DNA from: an uncultured Candidatus Poseidoniales archaeon
Lineage (GTDB): Archaea > Thermoplasmatota > Poseidoniia > Poseidoniales > Poseidoniaceae
Reading direction: 5' to 3'
Length of the DNA: 55,879 nucleotides
Assembly (NCBI GenBank): GCA_963968885.1
Contig: CAXAGT010000004.1
Span: forward strand, 1-55,879
A program made the position numbers and the translations under genes. Positions 17,469 through 25,808 of this stretch are shown one piece after another (position 1 is the first letter of the stretch; each line of letters opens with the position of its first letter). The notes under the pieces are model-generated. The model worked only from the letters and a program-made list of their open reading frames with translations, searched no databases and was not told the DNA's origin.

Positions 17469-18647
17469 TCATTTCTTCATCTTATCTGTTAAGATTGAGG
17501 CAATTGCATCTCCTACTTCCGAGCATTTTGCATCTCCGCCTAGATCATAAGTCAGCATATCTCCAGCAGCTAAGTGCTGTGCAACACTCTCATCGATCAT
17601 TTTCCCAATTGCGATTAGTTCATCCTCGCCATGTTTTCTGCCCAACCAGTCCATCATCATTTGAATAGAATTAATTGATGCAATTGGGTTAACTCTGTCC
17701 AAGCCAGCGTGCTTCGGCGCAGAGCCATGAACTGGCTCAAAAAATGCATGTTCATCACCGATATTTCCTGAAGCAGCCATCCCCATTCCTCCTTGAAGGA
17801 CAGCACCAAGGTCTGTTGAAATGTCACCAAACATATTCGAGGTGACAACCACATTGTAGTGTTCTGGATTTCTTGTAATCCATTGCATAAAGGCATCGAT
17901 GTATGAGTAATCTAGTTCTTTGCCTGGGTGTTCTTTTCCGATTTCATCAAACACTCTTCTGAACAATTGACATCCTCGTGTAACGTTTGATTTATCGACA
18001 CAAGTGACACGATTTACTCCATCTCCGGGAGCACCCTTTCGCCTATTTGCAATATCAAATGCCATGTCTATTATTCTCTTAGAGCCATTTGCTGAAATCG
18101 GCCTTGGGTCATAAGCAACTTCCCCATCTAGGCCAGGAAATTGCATGGCAGGGGGCTCGTAAGCATCTCTTCCAAGTGCTCTGTCAGCACTTCTTCTTAA
18201 CAAGGCGTGGTATAATCCCTCGGTGTTCTCTCTTAGAACTACCATGTCGACCATTCCAGCCTCCCAAATTTGAGTGAATTTGCCGTGTATTTTGTGGGGA
18301 ACTCCGTCATAGAGTTTGATGGGTCTTACATTTGCATACAATTCTAAACCACTTCTCAAGCCCAAAATAACGCTTCCTCCCGCAAGGTCTCCGTTGGGAA
18401 GTCTTGCTCCCGGGTATCCGATTGCTCCAAGGAAAATTGCATCGGCATCATCTCTACAAAACTCAAATGAACCTTCAGCCCACTCTTCCCCGGTTTCCAG
18501 ATAATTTTGACCGCCACAAGGTATTACTTTCATGTCGAAGTTATACTTAGAATGATTCTGAATCACTTCTAAGATTTTAATGGCTTCGATAGACACCTCT
18601 CTCCCGACTCCATCCCCCGGCAGAATAGCGATTGTGTAGTCAGCCAT
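17469..18647 (-). CDS. isocitrate/isopropylmalate dehydrogenase family enzyme (tartrate/D-malate dehydrogenase-like)
   Basis: Contains ILPGDGVGREV, LYANVRP and SNMFGDISTDL. I place the start at MADYTIAIL (ATG 18647). The 39-aa Cys-rich extension in the track looks non-coding. Confidence 0.85.
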   Translation of the reverse strand: MADYTIAILPGDGVGREVSIEAIKILEVIQNHSKYNFDMKVIPCGGQNYLETGEEWAEGSFEFCRDDADAIFLGAIGYPGARLPNGDLAGGSVILGLRSGLELYANVRPIKLYDGVPHKIHGKFTQIWEAGMVDMVVLRENTEGLYHALLRRSADRALGRDAYEPPAMQFPGLDGEVAYDPRPISANGSKRIIDMAFDIANRRKGAPGDGVNRVTCVDKSNVTRGCQLFRRVFDEIGKEHPGKELDYSYIDAFMQWITRNPEHYNVVVTSNMFGDISTDLGAVLQGGMGMAASGNIGDEHAFFEPVHGSAPKHAGLDRVNPIASINSIQMMMDWLGRKHGEDELIAIGKMIDESVAQHLAAGDMLTYDLGGDAKCSEVGDAIASILTDKMKK

Positions 18648-18876
18648 GTCCCTTGGCAGAAAAATCCAGTAAATGAACGCGACGCATGGATTTAATTGAC
18701 AAATTTTGCCAAATTGAACACATCTCCGGCCACAAATACACCGCAGTGTAACCCTGCTTTCCAATGGAAATATTTTCCCATAATTAGCGGATAACTACGA
18801 CACATACTTGAGTGGAAAGGGTGGTTTAACACGCGGCAGCATACTTCATAGTCCTCCACTACACAGAGGTTAAATC

Positions 18877-19494
18877 ATGAGCGAAGACCAAGGAGGTTTC
18901 TCTAAGGGCAAGATAGACATCGAGCAACTACCGGATGCTATCATTAGACTCGTTGAAACAATGATTGGTATCGATCCTAACTGGAGCCTAGAATCTTGGA
19001 TTTCTCAGCAGGCTGAAGATTTTCTACAAATAATCGAGAAAGATTTAGAGAGAGAAAAGATGATTCTAGAACAAAAAATCCAACGCCTTCATAATTTAAC
19101 TTCAAGGATAAATCCTCAACAAAAAGAAGCCGATAAAGGACAAAAAAACCTGTTTGACTGTTTTGACATAACTCCTCCGAGTAATTTCAAATCATTAGGT
19201 GAGAGAACATATGCCAGCAATGAGCAAGAACCAGTATCAAATGTTGAGCAATATCTTGATCTGATTCCTGGAGAAAATACCGATGATCCACTGTTAGCTA
19301 TTGTAGCGAACTATATTTGCGTATTAGTGGAAAGGAAAATTGCTACAGGCTCTAATCATACTACCCTAGAGGAAATTTTTGAAGGTCTCATAGAAATTGG
19401 AATAGAAGTAAATGAAATAGATGAAGCATTGGACTTTTTGTTAACAAATGGTGACTTGATCGAAGTCGATGATGATTGCTTTGTTACTTCATGA
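18877..19494 (+). CDS. hypothetical acidic protein, coiled coil plus possible C-terminal winged-helix
   Basis: 205 aa with a GAGGT box 7 nt upstream. The C-terminal TLEEIFEGLIEIGIEVNEIDEALDFLLTNGDLIEV looks like a wHTH. No family recognised. Confidence 0.5.
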   Translation: MSEDQGGFSKGKIDIEQLPDAIIRLVETMIGIDPNWSLESWISQQAEDFLQIIEKDLEREKMILEQKIQRLHNLTSRINPQQKEADKGQKNLFDCFDITPPSNFKSLGERTYASNEQEPVSNVEQYLDLIPGENTDDPLLAIVANYICVLVERKIATGSNHTTLEEIFEGLIEIGIEVNEIDEALDFLLTNGDLIEVDDDCFVTS

Positions 19495-19557
19495 AAATTG
19501 GGGCCCCGCGGCACCATAGCGATAACTCATAATAAGGCGATGATAAGATAACGCTAC

Positions 19558-20172
19558 ATGGGAATAATTCGAACAGCGATCTACTCAGCCATAACATGGG
19601 GATTTCTGACGGTTGTAATGGTAGATCCAACAATTGCCCTTGGAATATCTATTTTTTTAGGGGTTTTAATCGAGTCTACACAGCATCGTTCTGAGGTTAA
19701 TGAACTGATGAAGCAGGGAAGAAGCTTAAGAACACAACTGAGTGCTTCAAACAATCACATTGGCCAACTTCAACTAGCTTTGCAACAAACTTCACGGGAC
19801 TTGAATGCTGCTGTTTTAGAAATCAATCGTAGGGATGCTATAGGCTCCCCAGCCACTAGAGCTTTATTAGATAGGCAAGATGAAGCTATGTTAGCCCAGA
19901 AAAAAGCATTGAATATCCACGGTCAAAAAAATGAAGAAATGCTAATTCGTTTAGGAAATCTTCTAGAACAGCAACAAGAACAGAATAATAAAATGCAAGA
20001 GTCGTTAACTGATTTGGTTGAGAAACTCGCCAATAAACCCAGCCAAAACGTCATGCTAACAGACAGCGTAATGGTTCAAGAAACGTCAAATTCCCTCGAC
20101 CAATCTGATTACATTTCCAGATTAAGTGACATTTCTGAATCATACCTTGACGACTTGCTGGCTTCCGCTTAA
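19558..20172 (+). CDS. hypothetical membrane protein: TM hairpin plus long coiled coil
   Basis: 204 aa with two N-terminal hydrophobic helices, then a Q/L/E-rich heptad-like region. Confidence 0.5.
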   Translation: MGIIRTAIYSAITWGFLTVVMVDPTIALGISIFLGVLIESTQHRSEVNELMKQGRSLRTQLSASNNHIGQLQLALQQTSRDLNAAVLEINRRDAIGSPATRALLDRQDEAMLAQKKALNIHGQKNEEMLIRLGNLLEQQQEQNNKMQESLTDLVEKLANKPSQNVMLTDSVMVQETSNSLDQSDYISRLSDISESYLDDLLASA

Positions 20173-20203
20173 TACTTATTCGTGAATTGGATTTGCATAG
20201 TCC

Positions 20204-20521
20204 ATGGCAGGAAAGAAGTCAGAGGCCGCAAAGGGTCTTCTTTCGGCTTTAGAAGCCAAAAAACGCCTTCTACCAAGGACAATCATCAGCGGAACAATAG
20301 CAGTTGTAATATCATCTCTGATAGGAATTGCAACACAATTTGGGTTTGGGGCGGCGTCTGTTCTTATTCTTGGCTTACTAGTCCAGTATTCTCATGAAAG
20401 GGTAAAAGAACAAATAAATGTCAGAATTGAATCTTGCTTGAAGGATCTAGGTTGGAAAGAAATAGATCTGGAGAAGGAAGCATATGTTAGGAAACTGGAG
20501 AATTTAGCCGGACAAGATTAG
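20204..20521 (+). CDS. hypothetical small membrane protein (TM hairpin)
   Basis: 105 aa with two adjacent hydrophobic helices. Preferred over the overlapping ORF 20182..20397, which has junk-like composition. Confidence 0.45.
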   Translation: MAGKKSEAAKGLLSALEAKKRLLPRTIISGTIAVVISSLIGIATQFGFGAASVLILGLLVQYSHERVKEQINVRIESCLKDLGWKEIDLEKEAYVRKLENLAGQD

Positions 20522-20533
20522 GAGGGTCGGTCG

Positions 20534-21220
20534 TTGCCAAATTCAAAAGATTCTTTACAGGAATATACTGTAAAATCAATATTCTCAACATTAAGGATTA
20601 GGGTAGCTATTGCCGCTTTAGCAATCCTTTTTTCAACTTCAACCATCATGATCATAGTTTCCTCAGAAGTCCTTCTAAGCCTAATCATTTCCGTCACATT
20701 ATCAATGCTTTTCTTGTCAACCTACCCAGTTATCAAGAAGAGATTTTTGATTATACAGTTAAAGAAAATGTTAGGTGATTTTGATTTTACTGATGAGTTT
20801 GACTTTGACGATTATACAAAATCTAGTATTGAGGAAGTCCTAGAAAAATCACGCGAACGGCAAAGGACATCTACTAATCCCGAGATGCTGAGGAACCGAC
20901 CATCCGATGAAAAAGGAATGACTGGCGGGGTTCACAATGAACTTGATAGAACGAATCCTAGAATAGATGCTATAGAAAATTCAGCGGATTGGGATGGATT
21001 GGAAGACGATTTAACCGTCGGAGAAAAATTAGTGAAAACTATGAATGAAATTGAGGCAAAAAATTCACAAGAAGCATGGGAAAGAGCAGAAAAGAGAGAT
21101 TTGGATAACATTGAGTCTGGTGTAAAGAGATTAGGGGATCTTGTCGCATCTGGCTATTTTGAAAAGAATCCCGATGAAGGGGCTTTCAAGAGACTGGTCA
21201 ATTCCAATCAAGAAGATTGA
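20534..21220 (+). CDS. hypothetical membrane protein: TM hairpin plus acidic cytoplasmic tail
   Basis: 228 aa. TTG start with a GGAGG box about 8 nt upstream. Two TM helices are followed by a D/E-rich region. Confidence 0.45.
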   Translation: MPNSKDSLQEYTVKSIFSTLRIRVAIAALAILFSTSTIMIIVSSEVLLSLIISVTLSMLFLSTYPVIKKRFLIIQLKKMLGDFDFTDEFDFDDYTKSSIEEVLEKSRERQRTSTNPEMLRNRPSDEKGMTGGVHNELDRTNPRIDAIENSADWDGLEDDLTVGEKLVKTMNEIEAKNSQEAWERAEKRDLDNIESGVKRLGDLVASGYFEKNPDEGAFKRLVNSNQED

Positions 21221-21939
21221 ACATTTACAATATCGGAAAAATGGGTAACTATTTCTTTTACCGCTTCTTCAACCATTGTTGAAGACAAAATAGTCTGCCT
21301 GGTTTCTAGATCGTTCACAAGCATGCCTGTTAGTAGATTAACAGATTCTCCATCTTGGCTGATAATAGAGGATATCGGAGAGATGGCTATCCAATCATCA
21401 AGGGTATCTTCATCAATGCCCAACATTATCCCTATCTTTTTCATTACAACTTGGATTATGTGGTTTAACTCGTCCTGGATTGACTCATTAATTGGTTCAA
21501 ATTTTGGCAGGTAAGTGACGTTACCACTGATGTATAATTTATCATTTTCAGATTCTTCTGGAATCATGTCATACAATGTTTCCATATCCGGATAAATGCC
21601 CATTTGAATTGTGGACTGATCGAACATTTCATCGCTAAACGGTGGCAAGGCAGGTTCGAATAAATCGTTGATTTCGAATTTCCTTCTACCAATAATTTTC
21701 AAAAAATGGTTGCTGCCTTTTGTATCGTGTTCCAATATTTCGGCTTCACAGCCAAACATTCTCGGCTTGTCCCAGCCGTTTATCTGGTCAAATGAATCAG
21801 ACATAACTAAACCAAAATTCTTGTTATCCAAGAGACAATCATCAAGCATTTGCTTGTACCTTGGCTCAAAAACCCGTAATTCGGTTTCCTCTCCAGGCAT
21901 GAGTACCATAGGTAGAACGAATAAAGGTAATTTGTCCAT
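21208..21939 (-). CDS. LON N-terminal (substrate-binding) domain protein
   Basis: LPLFVLPMVLMPGEETELRVFEPRYKQMLDDCL is the classic opening of stand-alone Lon N-domain proteins. Confidence 0.75.
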   Translation of the reverse strand: MDKLPLFVLPMVLMPGEETELRVFEPRYKQMLDDCLLDNKNFGLVMSDSFDQINGWDKPRMFGCEAEILEHDTKGSNHFLKIIGRRKFEINDLFEPALPPFSDEMFDQSTIQMGIYPDMETLYDMIPEESENDKLYISGNVTYLPKFEPINESIQDELNHIIQVVMKKIGIMLGIDEDTLDDWIAISPISSIISQDGESVNLLTGMLVNDLETRQTILSSTMVEEAVKEIVTHFSDIVNVQSS

Positions 21940-22054
21940 GGACTTCTGAGAGTTGATTAATTATTCAAGATATGTTTGCTTTCAATCAATAAAAATGAGC
22001 AGTTTGAACCTTTTTAGTAGGTAATGTCATGAATATATTCACCCTCGGGAGTTC

Positions 22055-22798
22055 GTGAAGGTAAAGGCGATACTAGTTGCTGGCGGCCAGGGTAGCCGTT
22101 TATTGCCATTCACAAAATATACTCAAAAGACGTTACTGCCACTAAATGATAGACCAGTGATTGACTACGCATTAGGCACCATCCGCAGAGCAGGAATCTC
22201 AAATATTACAATCATAGCAAATCAGTTCATAGGGCAGATTGCTAAGCATGTTGGTTCAGGGCTTGAGGGCGAGGTAGTCCACTATGTCATGGAGGAAGAG
22301 CCAAGAGGCGTCCTTGAGGCTCTAAGGCTTGCTAAGCCTCATAACGAAAATTGTAGGCTGCTGGTTTATTTTTCAGATAACATTACCACTATTGAAATGA
22401 AAGAAATAATTTCTAAATTTGAGGATTCAAACGATCCTCCTGGATGTGTTCTACTCGCTAGAGAGGTAGCAAACCCCAGTCAATTCGGTGTTGCTATTAT
22501 CGACCAAAAGGGCGATTTAACGGAAATCGTGGAAAAACCAGAAATTCATTCATCGAATGTTGCAATTGGAGGGATATATTTGTTTGATGAGACTTTTTGG
22601 GAAAAATTGGAAAAATTTTCACAATCAGAAAAATTCAGTATATCAGATGTTAACAATTTGTATATTGCTCAAGGAAATGCAAAAATTGTCAACATAGGGG
22701 ATGATAGTTGGATAGATTGTGGGACTCCTGAGTCATTATTACAAGCATCAATTATGGCTTCTGAGGGTAAGCTAGACCCCACGCCACACAGGAAGTGA
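22055..22798 (+). CDS. sugar-phosphate nucleotidyltransferase (glucose-1-phosphate thymidylyl/uridylyltransferase-like)
   Basis: Contains [25 protein letters not shown] (GGxGxRLxP motif). GTG start. Confidence 0.8.
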   Translation: MKVKAILVAGGQGSRLLPFTKYTQKTLLPLNDRPVIDYALGTIRRAGISNITIIANQFIGQIAKHVGSGLEGEVVHYVMEEEPRGVLEALRLAKPHNENCRLLVYFSDNITTIEMKEIISKFEDSNDPPGCVLLAREVANPSQFGVAIIDQKGDLTEIVEKPEIHSSNVAIGGIYLFDETFWEKLEKFSQSEKFSISDVNNLYIAQGNAKIVNIGDDSWIDCGTPESLLQASIMASEGKLDPTPHRK

Positions 22799-22803
22799 TA
22801 TTG

Positions 22804-23628
22804 ATGAAAATTGGAATAATTGGCGCGGGAATAGTTGGTGGTGCAATGGTGCATCATTTTCAAAACACCCACGAATTATTTGTTCACGACCCCGCTAAAG
22901 GCACTAAAATTGAAGATGTAACCTCGAATGTTGAATTTGTGTATATCGCAGTTCCAACGCCGCAACACGATGTTACTGGCGAGTGTGACATTTCAATTGT
23001 TGAAGATGTACTCTCTAAACTTCCAAAAGGATTTACTGCAGTGATAAAAAGTACAGTAGTGCCTGGAACAACCGAGATGTTACAACAAAAATACCCTGAT
23101 TTAAGATTGGCTTACTCTCCAGAATTTCTTGTTGAAAGAAGAAGGCTGGATGATTTTGGAAATCAGGATATTTTAGTTTGCGGAACCGATCACCAAGACA
23201 TAGCAGAAATCGTTTTTCAACACCACAAGCAGGCAGGAGTGTTACGCAGCGATCAAATTTTTGTTGTCTCTCCTACCGAAGCAGAATTGGTGAAGTATAC
23301 AAAAAACACATTTTATGCATTAAAAGTTGTTTTTGCTAATCAGATGTATGATATTTGTCAAAAGTTAGGGCAAAATTGGGATGTTGTTAAGGAGATTATT
23401 ACTCAACCACAATTACAACCAATCGGAGAAACTCATCTTGAACCTCTAATGGGACTTCACAGAGGATTTGGCGGAAAATGCTTGCCAAAGGATAGCGTAG
23501 CCCTTATGATGTTAGCAAGGAATTTAGGAGTAGAGTATTCGATCTTAGAAGCTATGCAACAAGATAACTCTGCTCTCAGGGGAATAAAAACAGGTTTGGA
23601 AAGCGATGTTGAGTCACAGGATGATTGA
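22804..23628 (+). CDS. UDP-glucose/GDP-mannose dehydrogenase family protein, short form lacking the C-terminal domain
   Basis: Contains the NAD fold [14 protein letters not shown] and the catalytic-Cys block [10 protein letters not shown]. It is only ~275 aa. The track start at 22795 overlaps the upstream stop. Confidence 0.7.
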   Translation: MKIGIIGAGIVGGAMVHHFQNTHELFVHDPAKGTKIEDVTSNVEFVYIAVPTPQHDVTGECDISIVEDVLSKLPKGFTAVIKSTVVPGTTEMLQQKYPDLRLAYSPEFLVERRRLDDFGNQDILVCGTDHQDIAEIVFQHHKQAGVLRSDQIFVVSPTEAELVKYTKNTFYALKVVFANQMYDICQKLGQNWDVVKEIITQPQLQPIGETHLEPLMGLHRGFGGKCLPKDSVALMMLARNLGVEYSILEAMQQDNSALRGIKTGLESDVESQDD

Positions 23629-23631
23629 GGT

Positions 23632-24105
23632 GTGGTTTTGAACACAACAATTAGATCCATTTTCAAGCGTGGAACCTTAGGTAGGTATGCATTAACTGGT
23701 CTATTCAATGGTAGTGTTTTTTGGATTGGTTGGGAAATTGCAAGAATGTTCTCCGACGGCTCTTCGTTTCAAGAAAATGTTTCTTGGGCAATTGCATGGA
23801 CCTTATCTAGCACTATTGCTTTCTTCACTCACAATAGATTTACGTTTACTTCTCAAGGAAATCTAAACAAAATGTTTGTTGCGACATTCTTAACCTACAT
23901 GATAACAGTGGCTTGCTCGACAACAAGTTATGATTTCTTTGTGGGAATCATTGACATTCCAAGAGTAGTGGGCTTTGGAAATTTATTGATATGGGGAATT
24001 GTCGATTGGGCTATATTACGGTGGATGATATTTAGGCATGTGGAGGTTGTTTTACCTGCCGATGAACCAATGGAAGAAATTTCTCTTCTTGCTTATTCTT
24101 CCTAA
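23632..24105 (+). CDS. GtrA-like membrane protein
   Basis: 157 aa with four TM helices. RYALTGLFNGSVFWIGWEI and FFTHNRFTF are GtrA-like. Confidence 0.6.
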   Translation: MVLNTTIRSIFKRGTLGRYALTGLFNGSVFWIGWEIARMFSDGSSFQENVSWAIAWTLSSTIAFFTHNRFTFTSQGNLNKMFVATFLTYMITVACSTTSYDFFVGIIDIPRVVGFGNLLIWGIVDWAILRWMIFRHVEVVLPADEPMEEISLLAYSS

Positions 24106-24372
24106 AATTTCGTCTAAATCTCCTCTTTTAGAATATTTTTCCAAGGAGTCAAAACCTCCGATATGCACTTCGCCTATGAATATTTGAGGAACCGATTTCG
24201 CTCCCTTTGTTTGTAAGGCAAATTGTCTTTGGTTTGATACAGAATTCAATTTTTTCTCTATCCAAGGTATCTGTTTTGAGTCCAATAATTTCTTTGCACG
24301 GGTACATGCTGGACAATTTGTTCTTGTCCAGATGATTGCAGTTTTCGAATTATCAGTCATTTTAGCAATCAC
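24052..24372 (-). CDS. glutaredoxin-like protein (CPAC active site)
   Basis: Contains IIWTRTNCPACTRAKKLL and SVPQIFIGEVHIGGFDSL. The GTG start overlaps the upstream stop (GTGA). An alternative ATG lies at 24360. Confidence 0.75.
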   Translation of the reverse strand: MIAKMTDNSKTAIIWTRTNCPACTRAKKLLDSKQIPWIEKKLNSVSNQRQFALQTKGAKSVPQIFIGEVHIGGFDSLEKYSKRGDLDEILGRISKKRNFFHWFIGR

Positions 24373-24731
24373 ATCGAGTGGGCTTCTAGAATTTCCAAAG
24401 GGATTATCTCTAGTGTTTTTTGATGAGTAGCCTCTAAGTCAACAGGACACGCAACTCCTGCATTTACCGCAGCAAGCCATGTTCCGGCACAAACGCACCA
24501 TTGGTCGCCTGCTTTTAGCCCAGGAAAACCATATTGAGGGGCAGGAGTAATCAGGTCGTTTCCAGATTCTTTGGCAAAATTCAAAAAATCATCAGTTAAG
24601 TTAGCACACACAGTGTGCAGACCGAAATCTCTGTCATCGGTGTTACAACAACCATCTCTGTACCATCCCGTCAAAGGGTCAGTTGAACAGCATTCCAAAT
24701 CGTGACCTAAAACGTTCAAACTCTTGTCCAT
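24369..24731 (-). CDS. DUF2237-family protein
   Basis: Cys-rich blocks DLECCSTDPLTGWYRDGCCNT, GLHTVCA and GDQWCVCAGTW are as I recall for DUF2237. Confidence 0.7.
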   Translation of the reverse strand: MDKSLNVLGHDLECCSTDPLTGWYRDGCCNTDDRDFGLHTVCANLTDDFLNFAKESGNDLITPAPQYGFPGLKAGDQWCVCAGTWLAAVNAGVACPVDLEATHQKTLEIIPLEILEAHSM

Positions 24732-24862
24732 GTTGTTAGTACAACAAACCTTACTTGATTAGATTTGGTTCTATTCGGTCATTCTTGGAATACTTAAATC
24801 AAGACACATTGCGTTTTCTACAATCGTAGCATTCATTGGTAATGATGGTTTAGGGTGTACCA

Positions 24863-25294
24863 ATGCTACCCGATACTTTACACAAATTACCCCAAGAAGA
24901 AAGGTTTGCATATGCAAGACTTCTAGCATACATGACAAAAGTCGACAATGAACTCTCAATCGATGAGATGGCAATGTTTGAACAAAGGCTTGGAACAGCT
25001 CTTCTATCACCTAAGCAAAGGGACAAGATACGAAAAGCATTGAAATCACCTCCAAGTTTACAAGAATGTCTCTCTGGTCTTGGTGAAGAAGCCGGAAAAC
25101 TCGCTTTGAGGGATGCTACTCTGATGGCTGCTGCCGATGGAACAGTGGATGAAGATGAACTTGAGGCTCTAGAGGCCATTGCAGAACATCTTGGCTTAGT
25201 CGACGATGCGGTGGAAAAACTGTTGGCTTGGACCAAGGAAGGATATCACTGGATGAGCAGCGGTTATGATCTTATGAATAACCTATCTAGGTGA
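24863..25294 (+). CDS. TerB-like domain protein (paralogue 1)
   Basis: 143 aa with two acidic helix-pair motifs, VDNELSIDEMAMFEQRLG and ADGTVDEDELEALEAIAEHLGL. An AGGGTG box lies upstream. Confidence 0.6.
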   Translation: MLPDTLHKLPQEERFAYARLLAYMTKVDNELSIDEMAMFEQRLGTALLSPKQRDKIRKALKSPPSLQECLSGLGEEAGKLALRDATLMAAADGTVDEDELEALEAIAEHLGLVDDAVEKLLAWTKEGYHWMSSGYDLMNNLSR

Positions 25295-25298
25295 TTTA

Positions 25299-25739
25299 TT
25301 GTATCCGCATCATACCCTTGAGATGCCCTTAGAATATCGAAGTTCATACATCGAATTATTATTGTTGATGGCTGGATCAGATGGAGATATTGTCAGAGAA
25401 GAATTAGCGGTCATTGAGAGTTACATGGGTAAATTGATGATACATCCCGATGAAAGAGTTGTTTTGAGAACAAAACTTGAATCTCCGAGGAAGTATGTGG
25501 ATATTATCAAGGATTTGAATAAGCCTTTGTTGAAACTGGCTCTCAGAGATTCTGTTGTAGTAGGAATTAGTGATGGAGTGCTTGATAAAAAAGAAATTCA
25601 ATTCGCGAAAAAATTGGCAAAATCTGCCGGCGTTGATGAAAAAACTTTGTCAAAAATTTGTGATTGGGCCATAGATGGATGGAATTGGCACAAAAAAAGT
25701 GCCTCTATACTTCGATTAGAAGATATGGATGATACATGA
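25299..25739 (+). CDS. TerB-like domain protein (paralogue 2)
   Basis: 146 aa containing SDGDIVREELAVIESYMG and SDGVLDKKEIQFAKKLAKSAGV. TTG start 4 nt after an AGGTGA box that includes the upstream stop codon. An alternative ATG lies at 25323. Confidence 0.6.
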   Translation: MYPHHTLEMPLEYRSSYIELLLLMAGSDGDIVREELAVIESYMGKLMIHPDERVVLRTKLESPRKYVDIIKDLNKPLLKLALRDSVVVGISDGVLDKKEIQFAKKLAKSAGVDEKTLSKICDWAIDGWNWHKKSASILRLEDMDDT

Positions 25740-25808
25740 AAAACATAGGTTTTCCATCCTTTCTTCATGGATTACATTCAAACCATAAGCGTCCTCCGCT
25801 TTGCTTAG

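Noticed and set aside
18648-18764. 39-aa N-terminal extension of the dehydrogenase ORF (MESRVTLRCICGRRCVQFGKICQ...)
   Set aside because: It is Cys/Arg-rich and absent from the family N-terminus. The family-typical start MADYTIAILPGDG begins at ATG 18647, so the extension is probably just upstream open frame.
20182-20397. 71-aa ORF overlapping the 105-aa membrane-protein ORF in another frame
   Set aside because: It is Arg/Ser/Asn-rich with no structure-like pattern. The 20204-20521 frame encodes a clean TM hairpin and fits the operon spacing.
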